Shown: piece after piece, positions 1-9,835 of the stretch
How the letters are laid out: each line of letters opens with the position of its first letter
Numbering within the stretch: position 1 is the first letter of the stretch
Source: Thermotogota bacterium
Lineage (GTDB): Bacteria; Hydrothermota; Hydrothermia; LBFQ01
DNA length: 55,805 nucleotides
Assembly (NCBI GenBank): GCA_013153965.1
Contig: JAADDJ010000014.1
Coordinates: 1-55,805, forward strand
Reading direction: 5' to 3'
Program-made: the position numbers and the translations under genes
Notes under the pieces: generated by a model
The model's input: the letters and a program-made list of their open reading frames with translations, nothing else
Databases searched by the model: none
What the model was told of the DNA's origin: nothing

Positions 1-141
1 CTCCGGCACCTCCACCGTCCCATCATCCTTAAGCCACCCCTTCACATCCTCCCCACATTCCTCCATCACCCTCAGAAAGCCTATAACCCCCGCATTGTAG
101 AGCCACGAAGAAGGATAGAGTTTTATCGTCTTTCCTGCCAT
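1..141 (-). CDS. cas8b1: N-terminal fragment of probable type I-B CRISPR-associated Cas8b1/Cst1 (runs off window edge)
   Basis: Manual translation from ATG at 141: MAGKTIKLYPSSWLYNAGVIGFLRVMEECGEDVKGWLKDDGTVEVPE. The IxLY..WLYNAGxxGFLR motif resembles Cst1/Cas8b1 N-termini as I recall them. TATAAT lies 11 nt upstream. Not in ORF track. Confidence 0.7.
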   Translation of the reverse strand, partial: MAGKTIKLYPSSWLYNAGVIGFLRVMEECGEDVKGWLKDDGTVEVPE

Positions 142-194
142 ATCTAACCGATATTATACAGAAGCTTGCCGGTATAACATTGGGGCCAAAAACG

Positions 195-220
195 AAAAAA
201 GGGGGGCTTTACGCCCCCCT
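195..220 (-). terminator. Rho-independent terminator
   Basis: Minus strand GGGGGGC-GTAAA-GCCCCCC followed by TTTTTT, just downstream of the 240..1193 gene. Confidence 0.8.
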
Positions 221-239
221 ATCTTTTGCGTGCGAGCGG

Positions 240-1193
240 TTATCTCACTATGACCCTGTAGGTACCCTTATCGGTCACGATGAAGAATATGCCGGAGGAA
301 GGCAGGTAGTAGCGCTCCTTGAAGCGAGCCACGAAGCGACCGGTGGCATCGTATATGCTACCCTCATCGGCGATGACCGTACGCCCAACGACCTTGAGAC
401 CACCCATCTCGGCGGGAGCCTCGGCGATCTCCGTGCTGACGGGATACAGGAACAGGATGGCCGTACCGCTGTCGGGAATGTGGGTGGAGGGATTGCCGGC
501 ATAGACGTACTCCAAGAAGTAGTTATTGACCGTATCGGCCCCCTTGCCCTGAATACCTATGGTGGCGTCGTTGTACTCCAGGGCAGAGTTGTACATGAGC
601 TTCACGTGCCCGCTGTCGTAGAGGACTATCTCAAAGTTCATGAGAACGCTGCCACCATAACGGGGAACGTTGTGATACTGTATCACGGCGCAGGCGCCGG
701 GATAACCGTCGGGACAGCTGGTAAAGCTCTGGAAGTATATGTCATCGGCGGCAGCATCGGAGGGGTTCAGGTCATCCCACATCGCGGCGACGAAGGCCCG
801 AGGTCCGCTGTAAAGGGTAGTGGGAAGGGCCGCGTTGCTAAGACCGAAATACACGTAAGGGGTGTCAAACACGATGGCACCGTTGGAGCATATGGAGACC
901 GAGTCGTAGGTCTCACCGTAGAAGTTGAAGGAGAAGCCGAGATAGTAGAGCGTATTGACGCTGGAGCCGGAGCACCAGTCATCGCCCGCGCCCATGGCCG
1001 TTCCCGTGGTGGAGATATCTATGAAGTTGAAGGGCACCGAGTCCCCATCCTGCGTGGAGAGGTAGGTATAACCGTACCCATCAGGCCCGCCCAGAAGCAG
1101 ACGGACGTCCGCGGGCCTCTCAACCTTCTTAACGTTATCAACACCCTTGAGCGGCTCAAAGGTGCTGCTGCTGATTAGAATTATCCCTAACAT
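240..1193 (-). CDS. Secreted/surface protein with T9SS (Por) type-A-like C-terminal sorting domain
   Basis: GGPDGYGY and LGFSFNFYGETYDSVSICSNG (NIDO-like) motifs, with tail IYDATGRFV..LPSSGIFFI..RVIVR. Start moved to ATG 1193, 8 nt after TATAAT. Confidence 0.7.
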   Translation of the reverse strand: MLGIILISSSTFEPLKGVDNVKKVERPADVRLLLGGPDGYGYTYLSTQDGDSVPFNFIDISTTGTAMGAGDDWCSGSSVNTLYYLGFSFNFYGETYDSVSICSNGAIVFDTPYVYFGLSNAALPTTLYSGPRAFVAAMWDDLNPSDAAADDIYFQSFTSCPDGYPGACAVIQYHNVPRYGGSVLMNFEIVLYDSGHVKLMYNSALEYNDATIGIQGKGADTVNNYFLEYVYAGNPSTHIPDSGTAILFLYPVSTEIAEAPAEMGGLKVVGRTVIADEGSIYDATGRFVARFKERYYLPSSGIFFIVTDKGTYRVIVR

Positions 1194-1258
1194 GAGTTTC
1201 AATTATACGGTCGGTTGGGGGAATGTTGGCCAACGGTTGCAAAAGATTGAACGAAATC

Positions 1259-1284
1259 AAAAACCCCCGCCTTTTGGCGGGGGG
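1259..1284 (-). terminator. Rho-independent terminator
   Basis: CCCCCGCC-AAAA-GGCGGGGG followed by TTTTT, downstream of ino1. Confidence 0.8.
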
Positions 1285-1307
1285 AAACTGCAGCCTGACG
1301 TCGGGCC

Positions 1308-2417
1308 TTACTTTTTAGCCTTCTTGCCCTTGTCCTTCACCGAATACTTCTGAATCCACTCCTCAAGGCGGTTGCGGGCCTCCCAGTCGGGTATCTGAAC
1401 GGGAGGCGTCTTCATGAAGTAAGCCGAAGGCTCAACTATGGGGCCGGAGAGGCCGTTATCCTTGGCCAACTTCGCAGCCCGGATGGCGTCTATCATGACG
1501 CCGGCGGAGTTGGGACTGTCCCACACCTCCAGCTTCAGCTCAATGTTGAGAGGAACGTTCCCGAAGGTGGTACCCTCCATGCGGATGTAGGCCCACTTCC
1601 TGTCCTTGAGCCAAGGGATGTAGTCGGAGGGGCCAACGTGAATGTTATCGTCGCCGATGTCGTAGGGTAGGAGCGACCTGACGGCGTTGGTCTTGGAGAT
1701 CTTCTTGGAGTGGAGACGCTCCCTCTCCAGCATGTTCAGGAAGTCGGTATTCCCGCCGAAGTTTATCTGATAGGTGCGCTCCAGCTTCACGCCCCTATCT
1801 ATAAAGAGCTGGACCAAGGTCCTGTGAAGGATGGTGGCTCCAACCTGCGACTTGATGTCGTCCCCTATAACCGGCAGACCGGCATCCTTAAAGCGCTTAC
1901 CCCAGTAGTCGGAAGTGGCTATGAAGACGGGGATACCATTTACGAAGGCGGCTCCCGCCTGCAGAACCTGCTCAACGTACCACTTGGTGGCCTCCTCGCT
2001 ACCCACGGGTAGGAAATTGACCACCACATCCACGCCGAGGTCCTTGAAGATCTTGGCTATGTCGTCCGTAGGACCGGGGGCCTTGACGATAACGTCCTTG
2101 AGGTACTTACCGATGCCGTCGTGGGTCATACCACGATAGACCTTGGCGTTGAGCTTGGGAACGTCGGTGAATTTGTAGGTGTTGTTGGGCGGGGCGAAGA
2201 TGGCCTCGGAGAGGTCCTTGCCGACCTTTCGGGCATCTATATCAACACCGGCCACAAACTCTATATCGCTTATGTGGTAGCCTCCGAAATCAACGTGCAT
2301 GATACCGGGTATGAAATCCCCCGGCTTCGCGTTCCGATAAAAATGCACCCCCTGAACCAACGCGGAAGCGCAGTTGCCAACACCTATTATAGCAACCCGT
2401 ATCTTTTCCTTTGCCAT
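1308..2417 (-). CDS. ino1: myo-inositol-1-phosphate (inositol-3-phosphate) synthase
   Basis: IGVGNCAS Rossmann motif, [28 protein letters not shown]. Confidence 0.95.
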   Translation of the reverse strand: MAKEKIRVAIIGVGNCASALVQGVHFYRNAKPGDFIPGIMHVDFGGYHISDIEFVAGVDIDARKVGKDLSEAIFAPPNNTYKFTDVPKLNAKVYRGMTHDGIGKYLKDVIVKAPGPTDDIAKIFKDLGVDVVVNFLPVGSEEATKWYVEQVLQAGAAFVNGIPVFIATSDYWGKRFKDAGLPVIGDDIKSQVGATILHRTLVQLFIDRGVKLERTYQINFGGNTDFLNMLERERLHSKKISKTNAVRSLLPYDIGDDNIHVGPSDYIPWLKDRKWAYIRMEGTTFGNVPLNIELKLEVWDSPNSAGVMIDAIRAAKLAKDNGLSGPIVEPSAYFMKTPPVQIPDWEARNRLEEWIQKYSVKDKGKKAKK

Positions 2418-2449
2418 AAGCGTGTATTATACTGGTGAGATTCCGCATC

Positions 2450-3625
2450 TCAACGCAAGCGCAAGAGGAACCACATCGTCCAACCGTAGGAGCCGCTCTC
2501 TGCGAAACCCTCCAACCCCAACACGTCCCCGTACGCCACACCACCGGACAGCCGGAACCCCTTGCGGGAGGAGAAAGTTCGGGAGGAGACGAAGTACTCG
2601 TAGAAGTGTATCCCATCGGCGTTGAAGGAGTACATCCTGATCCATCCGAACCTCCCCCTGTACCCGCCCCAGAGACATCCCCAACACACTCCCCCCTCCA
2701 ACCCTCCGATCCGCAGGGTGATCCTCGGTACCTCGTAATACTCCGCCTTCAGAACGTACCCCCTACCCCGAAGGACCAGCGATAGACGCCTCTTCTGGGA
2801 TGAGACGTAGGAGCGGAACAGGTATCCGGCGAAGGGAACCGAGAACCACAGGGCGTAATCCCGGGAGAATGTCCCCTCCGGCCAGAATCCCTCCCCACGG
2901 ACGTACCGGAGACGGAAACCTATCCCGCCGCGGCTGGCGGCCACCCCGAAACCGTATCCCCCCCTCCCCAACGCCGACTCAAGGGACAGGGGACCGACCC
3001 TCACGTATCCCACACCGCCGGCGACCCCGGAGTGGGTTCGGGAGACAAGGAGGCCCCCCTTGGCACCCACGACCCCCCCGATCACACCCACCGTATCCAG
3101 CTTTAGCATCCAACTCCCCACACCCACGAGGAGCGACGGAGGGGCATAGACGTTGTACCTCGGCCCCCATCCCCCCGTGTAGAACCCCCCGTACCCCGCG
3201 AAACCCAGCGGAGATGCCATCACCAGATTACCGGCAGCCACCTTAAGGAAACCCTCGTACCCCACCGTGGCCGCCTTCCTCTTCGCAGAGGCGTACAGGT
3301 ACGCGTAGTAATCCCCGCTCCTTCCCTTGACGCTCAAGGAGGGATAGGTTCCGTACTTGGCGAATAGCCGGTAGTATCGGGAGCCGTCGCCGAAGGTTAT
3401 GAGGTTGCGCAGGGCGTAGAGGAGCGGCAAGGGGAGACCGGAGCGCCTCACGAAGTCCCTCCAATCCCTGTAGGGACGATTCCGCAGGATGACATCTATC
3501 TGCTCGGGGGTGAGGAAGGGCAGGGCCTCAAGGTCCTCACGGCGGCAGGAGTTTATATCCACACTCTGATAGACGTGGCTTTGGAATATCAGGACCTCGG
3601 CCGTGTCGGGGATGAAGGGGAACAT
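2450..3625 (-). CDS. Helix-hairpin-helix (ComEA-like) domain fused to probable outer-membrane beta-barrel
   Basis: VDINSCRREDLEALPFLTPEQIDVILRNRPY is HhH-like. The remainder is Gly/aromatic-rich alternating beta pattern. Confidence 0.6.
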   Translation of the reverse strand: MFPFIPDTAEVLIFQSHVYQSVDINSCRREDLEALPFLTPEQIDVILRNRPYRDWRDFVRRSGLPLPLLYALRNLITFGDGSRYYRLFAKYGTYPSLSVKGRSGDYYAYLYASAKRKAATVGYEGFLKVAAGNLVMASPLGFAGYGGFYTGGWGPRYNVYAPPSLLVGVGSWMLKLDTVGVIGGVVGAKGGLLVSRTHSGVAGGVGYVRVGPLSLESALGRGGYGFGVAASRGGIGFRLRYVRGEGFWPEGTFSRDYALWFSVPFAGYLFRSYVSSQKRRLSLVLRGRGYVLKAEYYEVPRITLRIGGLEGGVCWGCLWGGYRGRFGWIRMYSFNADGIHFYEYFVSSRTFSSRKGFRLSGGVAYGDVLGLEGFAESGSYGWTMWFLLRLR

Positions 3626-3658
3626 CCCCCCATTTTAACCGGGTACGAATAAAAAAAG

Positions 3659-3731
3659 TGGGGCCGGCAGGACTCGAACCTGCAACCCACGGATTATGAG
3701 TCCGCTGCTCTGCCTATTGAGCTACGGCCCC
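3659..3731 (-). tRNA. tRNA with CAT anticodon, probably tRNA-Ile2 (lysidine) rather than Met
   Basis: Cloverleaf GGGGCCG..TAGCTCAATAGGCAGAGCA GCGGA-CTCATAA-TCCGT..GGTTCGAGTCC..CGGCCCC-A. Fully paired 1-72, so not initiator. CCA not encoded. Confidence 0.9.
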
Positions 3732-3770
3732 TTGAGGCGTATATTATAAAGGGGAAAAGTGGCCGGGTGG

Positions 3771-5849
3771 TCATCCCACATCTACAATATCCTGCGAGGC
3801 GAAAGTCCTCTCAATCAGCGTGCGCAGGAGCCTGTTCTCGGGCTTGCGTAGGTGGGGGTCCTTCTGAAGGATGTGCCGGGCATCCTGCCGGCAGATCTCG
3901 GCTATCCTCAGCAGACGGTTATCCGAGCTTATGTCGGCCAGACTTATCCCCCTGAAGGAGAGCTCCCCGTGCTGGCGGGTTCCCAAGAGCTCCCCCGGCC
4001 CCCTTATCTTCAGGTCCTCCTCGGCCAAGGTGAAGCCGTCGGTGATGTTCGCGACGGCCCGCAGACGCATGCTCGCCTCGTAGCTCATCTTCCGAGGCGC
4101 TATCATGATGAAGAAGGCCGTATCCTCACTCCGCATGATCCGGCCGCGCAGCTGGTGGAGCTGGGCTATCCCGAACCGGTTGGCATCCTCAACCACCATG
4201 TACTTGGCGTTGGGAACATCTACACCCACCTCTATGACCGTAGTCGCCACCAGAATGTCAATCTCCCCCGCGCGAAATCTCTCCATCTCCTCCTTCCTCT
4301 CCTCGTAGGGCATACGCCCATGCACCAGACCGAGCCTTATCTGGGGAGGGGCCACGGCCCGCAACTCCTCGTACAGCCTCTGAACGGATACCACATCCTC
4401 CAACTTCTCCGACTCCTCTATGAGGGGAGCGATGACGTAGGCCTGCTTCCCCGTCTCCAAGATCTTCCCGAAGAGGAAGCGATAGACCTGCGCCCTATGC
4501 TCCTTCCAGACGATGCGGTTTATGACCTCGCCCTTGAAGGGTCTCTCCCTTATGCGCGAGACCTCCAGATCCCCGTACAAAGTTAAAGCCAGCGTCCGGG
4601 GGATGGGCGTGGCGGTTGATACCAGAAAGTGCGGATAGGTATCTCCCCGCCCCTTCTCCAGAAGCCGGGCCCTCTGGGCCACGCCGAAGCGGTGCTGCTC
4701 ATCTACGATGGCCAGAGCCAGATTCTTGAAGGTAGTGTCCTCGGTGATCAGGGCGTGGGTGCCTATGACGAGCTGGGCCCGACCCGTGGCTATCTCGCCG
4801 CGGATATTCCGCTTGGTTCGGCTGCCGAGGGAGCTGGTAAGGAGAACCACGTTGACCCCCAAGGGACGCAGGTAATTCTCGGCCACCATGAAGAGCTGCT
4901 CGGCCAATATCTCGGTGGGGGCCATGAGGGCGGCCTGATATCCGCTCTCTATCGCTATAAGCGAGGCGTAGAGGAGGACTACCGTCTTACCCGACCCCAC
5001 ATCCCCCTGCAGGAGGCGGTGCATCGCCTCCTCCTTCGCCATATCCTCCTCTATCTCCGCCATGGCCCGCCTTTGGTCCCGCGTCAGGGTGAAGGGGAGA
5101 CTCTCAACGAATCTATCGGTCAACTCGCCGGTTCTCCGCAGGGGGATGGCCCTCCTCCTCCCCAGCTTGGAGCCCATGTTGAGCCGCAGGTAGAACTTCA
5201 GGAGCTCCTCGTAGGCGATCCTGCCCCTGCCGAGATGTATCTCCTCCTTGCTCTTGGGCGTATGGAGGTACCGGAGCGCCTCCTTCCTCCCCGGCAGCCC
5301 CCTCGCGCGCAGGATGTAGCGGGGGAGAGTCTCCGGTATATCCACCTCCCGAAGGACACCCCGGATTATCTGGCGCAGGACCTTTGAGGATAGACCCTCC
5401 GTCTGGGGATATATGGGCAGGATACCCGTTATGTCCTTTCCCTCCTCCTCAACCTCCGGAAAGTACATGCGGCGGGTTCCCCCGTAGATATAGACCCGTC
5501 CCGCCGCATACACCACCTGCCCCACCTTGAACCTCCCCAAAATGAAGTCCATATTCCTCCAGACCAGATCCAACGTGCCCGTACCGTCGCTTATGCGGAT
5601 TATGGCCTCCCTCCTGCCGGAAGCCATGCTCCGAAACTTCTCCAGTATCCGCCCTCTCACCACAGCCTCCTGACCCCTCTGCAGCATGGCTATCCGCCGA
5701 ACCACGCTCCTATCAACGTACCTGCGGGGCAGTAAATACAGGAGATCCTCAACCGTCCTAACGCCGAGCTTATTCAGCAGCTTGGCCCTCTTGGGCCCTA
5801 CCCCCTTCAGATACTTTACGTCGGTCTCCAGGGTGATCTTGGAGGACAC
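3771..5849 (-). CDS. recG: ATP-dependent DNA helicase RecG
   Basis: LKGVGPKRA, LLQGDVGSGKT, DEQHRFG, TATPIPRT, QLRGR, DLKIRGPGE. Confidence 0.97.
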   Translation of the reverse strand: MSSKITLETDVKYLKGVGPKRAKLLNKLGVRTVEDLLYLLPRRYVDRSVVRRIAMLQRGQEAVVRGRILEKFRSMASGRREAIIRISDGTGTLDLVWRNMDFILGRFKVGQVVYAAGRVYIYGGTRRMYFPEVEEEGKDITGILPIYPQTEGLSSKVLRQIIRGVLREVDIPETLPRYILRARGLPGRKEALRYLHTPKSKEEIHLGRGRIAYEELLKFYLRLNMGSKLGRRRAIPLRRTGELTDRFVESLPFTLTRDQRRAMAEIEEDMAKEEAMHRLLQGDVGSGKTVVLLYASLIAIESGYQAALMAPTEILAEQLFMVAENYLRPLGVNVVLLTSSLGSRTKRNIRGEIATGRAQLVIGTHALITEDTTFKNLALAIVDEQHRFGVAQRARLLEKGRGDTYPHFLVSTATPIPRTLALTLYGDLEVSRIRERPFKGEVINRIVWKEHRAQVYRFLFGKILETGKQAYVIAPLIEESEKLEDVVSVQRLYEELRAVAPPQIRLGLVHGRMPYEERKEEMERFRAGEIDILVATTVIEVGVDVPNAKYMVVEDANRFGIAQLHQLRGRIMRSEDTAFFIMIAPRKMSYEASMRLRAVANITDGFTLAEEDLKIRGPGELLGTRQHGELSFRGISLADISSDNRLLRIAEICRQDARHILQKDPHLRKPENRLLRTLIERTFASQDIVDVG

Positions 5850-5855
5850 CTCGGC

Positions 5856-6115
5856 CTATTCTACGGCCGCGCTCAGGACGTATCCCACGCCCCCGCCCAC
5901 CAGCGTCCATACGAAGTCCGCCAACTCCGGATGACCCTTCCCCGTGAATCTATCGTACGCCTCCTTACCACCTCCCACGACGACGACAACTCCCAACGAG
6001 ATTTCGGGTTTTCCGGTGGTGGCGTACCCCGCCGTATATACGAAAAACCCCATCCCCAGATGTTGAAGCTTGTCCGGGGATGGGGTCAGAAGCGCCCAGA
6101 GGAGAGACGTCTCAC
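5856..6115 (-). pseudogene. YfiM-like small membrane protein with apparent 1-nt frameshift near 5' end
   Basis: The DKLQH..KEAYD..ADF motif lies in a frame with no canonical start upstream of it. The GTG at 6115, overlapping the upstream TGA, is one base out of frame. Confidence 0.5.
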
Positions 6116-6315
6116 TCCCTCCTGCAGGTGTTTATCCCGAAAGGTAGGTACAGCAGGCAGAAGCCCAGAGCGGCCGTGAGTAGGAGGACTATCCCCAGCA
6201 CCACCAGAACCGTCTGGGCGGCTCCTCCGACCTTGAGGCCGAAGGCCAGCCCCAGCAGCAGCACCCCCAGTATGGCGCGGATGATCCTATCGGTCTTACC
6301 GACGTTGCACCTCAT
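6112..6315 (-). CDS. DUF2892/YgaP-like membrane protein
   Basis: NVGKTDRIIR, two TM helices, GFCLLYLPFGINTC. Adjacent to rhodanese. Confidence 0.9.
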   Translation of the reverse strand: MRCNVGKTDRIIRAILGVLLLGLAFGLKVGGAAQTVLVVLGIVLLLTAALGFCLLYLPFGINTCRRE

Positions 6316-6740
6316 TTGGTGTTATCCCCCTGACGGTTCCTTATGCGGTTCCTATCGCGCTCAAGGTTCCGGGTCCGCTCCCTCTTCCTCTCCGGCTTGA
6401 CCAGCTCGTAGCCGCGGGCCCTCCAAGCCTTTATGCCACCTCTGAGGTTCAGGACGTGCTTGAAGCCCTTGGCCTCCAGTATGCGGGCGGCGTAGGTGCT
6501 CCTGCGCCCGGAGCGGCAATAGACTATGACCGTATCCTTCTCGGGGTCGGCCTTTATCTCGGAGATGCGCTTGGCTATCTCGGTGTGGGGTATGAGGAGG
6601 TCGGTGCCGGGTATATGCCCCATCTCATGCTCCCGGGGAGTGCGCACATCTATGATGATGGCGTTCCCCTTCTTCTCGGTTATGTAGGTGTGCAGCCACT
6701 TGGGCGTTATCCACGTCCAGCTTAAGAAGACCATCAACAT
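6312..6740 (-). CDS. Rhodanese-like domain protein
   Basis: IIDVRTPREHEMGHIPG, VYCRSGRRS, LRGGIKAW. Confidence 0.92.
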   Translation of the reverse strand: MLMVFLSWTWITPKWLHTYITEKKGNAIIIDVRTPREHEMGHIPGTDLLIPHTEIAKRISEIKADPEKDTVIVYCRSGRRSTYAARILEAKGFKHVLNLRGGIKAWRARGYELVKPERKRERTRNLERDRNRIRNRQGDNTK

Positions 6741-6773
6741 AGCACCCGTATTCTAAGGCCGAAGGATGTTATC

Positions 6774-7238
6774 TTACAAATTGGGCTCGGCCTCCACGAC
6801 GGCGAGGAGCTGCCCCTTGCTCACGCTGACCCCGGGCTGCACATAGACGTGGGTGACGACGCCGTCTATGTGGGCCTTCAGCTGGGTGCGCATCTTCATC
6901 GCCTCTATCACCACCACCGTATCCCCCTTCTTCACCCTATCGCCCACCTTCTTCTCAACGGAGACGACCAGAGCGGGCATGGGGGACTTTATCTGTTGGA
7001 CGCTCTTGGACTCCGAAGCCCTCGTCAGAGATGGGGGCGCCTTATAGACCTTCACGGTGGCGTGGGCCTCCGGCGTCTCAACGAGGATGCGGCCGTCCGC
7101 GTTGGACGTGCGAAAGAGGATGGGACGACCGTCAAGGAGGGTTATCTTCACGCCGTTGCAGAGGTCATGGACCTTCAACTCCCGCTTGCGAAGGTCTATC
7201 TCGTGGAGTTTCCCGTCATGCTCTACCCAGCGTTTCAT
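6774..7238 (-). CDS. Biotin carboxyl carrier (biotinyl-domain) protein
   Basis: SPMPALVV and EAMKM biotinylation motif. Confidence 0.9.
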   Translation of the reverse strand: MKRWVEHDGKLHEIDLRKRELKVHDLCNGVKITLLDGRPILFRTSNADGRILVETPEAHATVKVYKAPPSLTRASESKSVQQIKSPMPALVVSVEKKVGDRVKKGDTVVVIEAMKMRTQLKAHIDGVVTHVYVQPGVSVSKGQLLAVVEAEPNL

Positions 7239-7792
7239 CTCTCAACCCTCGGCAGGCTTATACCCTTCTGACCCTGATACTTGCCCCTGCGGTCCGCGTA
7301 CGACGTGCGGGTTATCTCGTCGGCCTCCAAGAATATCAGCTGGGCTATACCCTCGTTGGCGTATATCTTGGCCGGGAGCGGTGTCGTGTTGCTTATCTCT
7401 ATGGTCAGGTAGCCCTCCCACTCGGGCTCAAGGGGAGTGACATTCACGATTATGCCGCATCGGGCGTACGTGCTCTTGCCGATGCATATGCCCAAGACGT
7501 TGCGGGGGATTCGGAAGTACTCAACGGACCTGGCCAGACAGAAGGAGTTGGGGGGGATGATGCAGTGGTCCCCACGATGATGCACGAAGGACCTGTCATC
7601 AAAATTCTTGGGGTCAACCACCACCGTATGCACGTTGGTGAATATGTAGAACTCGTCGGCCACCCGTATGTCGTATCCGTAGGAGGATAGGCCGAAGGAG
7701 ACCTTCCCCTCCCGCACCAGCTCCGGGACGAAGGGCTCTATCATACCGTACTCCTTGGCCATCCTCTCTATCCATCTGTCCGATTTGACCAT
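7235..7792 (-). CDS. dcd: dCTP deaminase
   Basis: [38 protein letters not shown]. Start moved to ATG 7792, 7 nt after TAGAAT. Confidence 0.95.
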   Translation of the reverse strand: MVKSDRWIERMAKEYGMIEPFVPELVREGKVSFGLSSYGYDIRVADEFYIFTNVHTVVVDPKNFDDRSFVHHRGDHCIIPPNSFCLARSVEYFRIPRNVLGICIGKSTYARCGIIVNVTPLEPEWEGYLTIEISNTTPLPAKIYANEGIAQLIFLEADEITRTSYADRRGKYQGQKGISLPRVER

Positions 7793-7827
7793 GGAGGGCA
7801 TTCTAATCCCGAAAGGCACCCTCGGGG

Positions 7828-8901
7828 TTATTCGCCAAAGAGGAACTCCCTGTAGAGGGCGGCCACCCTCTCCGGTGAGGCGTAGGAGAGTATTCCCCTC
7901 CTTATCTCCTCCGGATTGAAGTATCCGGAGCGGAGTTTGGAGAGCGCCTCGGATATGGCTTCGGCCAAGGCTTGGGGCGTCCTCTCCCTCACCGAAACCG
8001 AGTTGCCCTCATTCAGGAAATCCCGTGGGCCTCCCGAATCCGTCCATACGACGGGCCTACCGCAGGCCAAAGCCTCCGCCATGACCACGCCGAAGGTCTC
8101 GTAGGTGCTGGTACTGACCAGAACGTCGCCGCGCCCCATCAGTTGCAACACATCCTCCCTCGGAAGAGGACCGAGATACTCGCAGTTCGGGGGAAGGTCG
8201 CGCAGGAACTCCCGCGTGTATTTGGGATCCGAGGCCTCCCCCACGAAGATGAAGCGGAGGTCCGGCAGAAGACGGGCCGCCTCCTTCAGGAGGATGGGAT
8301 CCTTCACGGGGGTTATCCTGCCGATCCAAAGGACGGTTGAGGAATCGCCGGTGGGAGAGGGCAGATGGCAGGGACGAATGGGATTGGGAATCACGCCGTC
8401 GGCCTCCACGCCGAGACTCTCGCGCAGCTCCCGTGCCAGAAAGGTGCTGACGGTGAAAACTCTACGGGCGAGCCTATAGACTATCTTGGAGAGGAGGGCG
8501 TTGGCCCCCCTGGCGAAGAGGGACGAGTGCTCAACGACGGCGAATCTTTTGGGAAGGAGTGCGGAGGCTGCGAGGCCCGAAGGTAGGGCCATATGCACGA
8601 CCACCGCATCCGGACGGAAGCCGATGAGACCCCGGAGGAGGAGGAGGGCATGGAGAATCAGAGCCAACGGTAGGAATACGAGGCCCATCTTCGGTCTGTA
8701 GGGCATCAGGAAGGCCTCAACCTCCACCCCGTCCCAGACGTACCGGCGGAAACCGAACCTGTCGCCCCTTATGAGAGTCAGGACCTTAACGTCGGCGAAG
8801 GACTGGACGGCCTTCGCGTGGTCGTGAAAGAACGGGGTTATGTAGGGTTTCTCATCGTGGGGGTAGCTGTCGGTCAGGAAGAGGAGTCTCGGCCTCATCA
8901 C
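7828..8901 (-). CDS. Glycosyltransferase family 4
   Basis: [27 protein letters not shown]. Confidence 0.9.
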   Translation of the reverse strand: MMRPRLLFLTDSYPHDEKPYITPFFHDHAKAVQSFADVKVLTLIRGDRFGFRRYVWDGVEVEAFLMPYRPKMGLVFLPLALILHALLLLRGLIGFRPDAVVVHMALPSGLAASALLPKRFAVVEHSSLFARGANALLSKIVYRLARRVFTVSTFLARELRESLGVEADGVIPNPIRPCHLPSPTGDSSTVLWIGRITPVKDPILLKEAARLLPDLRFIFVGEASDPKYTREFLRDLPPNCEYLGPLPREDVLQLMGRGDVLVSTSTYETFGVVMAEALACGRPVVWTDSGGPRDFLNEGNSVSVRERTPQALAEAISEALSKLRSGYFNPEEIRRGILSYASPERVAALYREFLFGE

Positions 8902-8911
8902 CCCGCCGATT

Positions 8912-9835
8912 CTACGGCGGGTCCTTGAGGGCGGCCTTCACGTTGCGTCGCATACCCGCAAGCCCCGCCCGCATTACCGGAGTTCCGGCGAACCTCCTCC
9001 TAAATTCCTCCTCGTCCATCCGCAGGAAATCCCGCGGTGATATGTCCCTAAAGCGCTCCTCCTTGGCCCGAAGGTGGGGGTTGGCCAGAGAGGGGGAGCG
9101 GCCCGTCCAAGGGCACACGTCCGTGCATACGTCGCATCCGAAGATCCACCCGTGGGTATCCACGCCCGGAGGGAACTCCTCGCCCCGGTACTCCACCGTC
9201 CAGTAGGATATACAACGGTTCGCATCCACGCTCCTGTTCGGCAGGATGGCCCCCGTGGGGCAGGCCCGCACGCACCTGTCGCAGGTGCCGCATCTGTCGT
9301 AAGGGAAGGGCGAGTCGGGGATCAGGAGGAGGTCCGTGAGGACTCCACCGAGTAGGACGTTGGGGCCGAATTCGGGCGTGATGAGGAGGGAGCTCTTCCC
9401 TATCCATCCGAGACCAGCCCGCACCGCCAACTCCCTCTCCAGAATGGGAGCCGAGTCGGAGAAGATGCGGTACCTGCCTCCCAGATTCCTCTCGGCCCAG
9501 CGCACGAATTTGCGAAGCAGCCCCCGAAATACCCGATGGTAGTCCCGGCGGGTCGCATAGCGGCTTATGGGCAGGGAGGGATTCACCCGCCTCCTGCCGT
9601 ATCCGAGGGCCACAACGATGGCCGAAGCCGCTCCGGGTAGGAGTTTGTCGGGATCAAAGCGGAGTTCCAAGCTCTCGGCGAACCAGTCCATCCCCGCCGC
9701 CCTACCCTCCTCCACCCACCTGAGCACCCTCTCCCGGACGTCGGGCGAAGGAAAGTCCAAGAGGGAGGCTATACCGACGATATCAAACCCTAACCCGTAA
9801 AGGTGGCGCTTTATGAGGTCCTCCGGTCCCTTCAA
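8912..9835 (-). CDS. queG: Epoxyqueuosine reductase
   Basis: ISRYA..DYH, ERELAVRAGLGWIGK, CGTCDRCVRACPT, CISYWT, GCDVCTDVCPW. Confidence 0.93.
   Translation of the reverse strand: MKGPEDLIKRHLYGLGFDIVGIASLLDFPSPDVRERVLRWVEEGRAAGMDWFAESLELRFDPDKLLPGAASAIVVALGYGRRRVNPSLPISRYATRRDYHRVFRGLLRKFVRWAERNLGGRYRIFSDSAPILERELAVRAGLGWIGKSSLLITPEFGPNVLLGGVLTDLLLIPDSPFPYDRCGTCDRCVRACPTGAILPNRSVDANRCISYWTVEYRGEEFPPGVDTHGWIFGCDVCTDVCPWTGRSPSLANPHLRAKEERFRDISPRDFLRMDEEEFRRRFAGTPVMRAGLAGMRRNVKAALKDPP

Noticed and set aside
1-240. Possible CRISPR array or leader next to the cas8-like gene
   Set aside because: No repeat-spacer periodicity seen here or elsewhere in the window.
180-1178. 332-aa plus-strand ORF
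   Set aside because: Antisense shadow of the 240..1193 gene, with no motifs or expression signals. High GC3 keeps the reverse frame open.
3640-3760. tRNA genes as integration sites of a genomic island
   Set aside because: No integrase, no duplicated tRNA 3' end and no composition shift near any of the three tRNAs.
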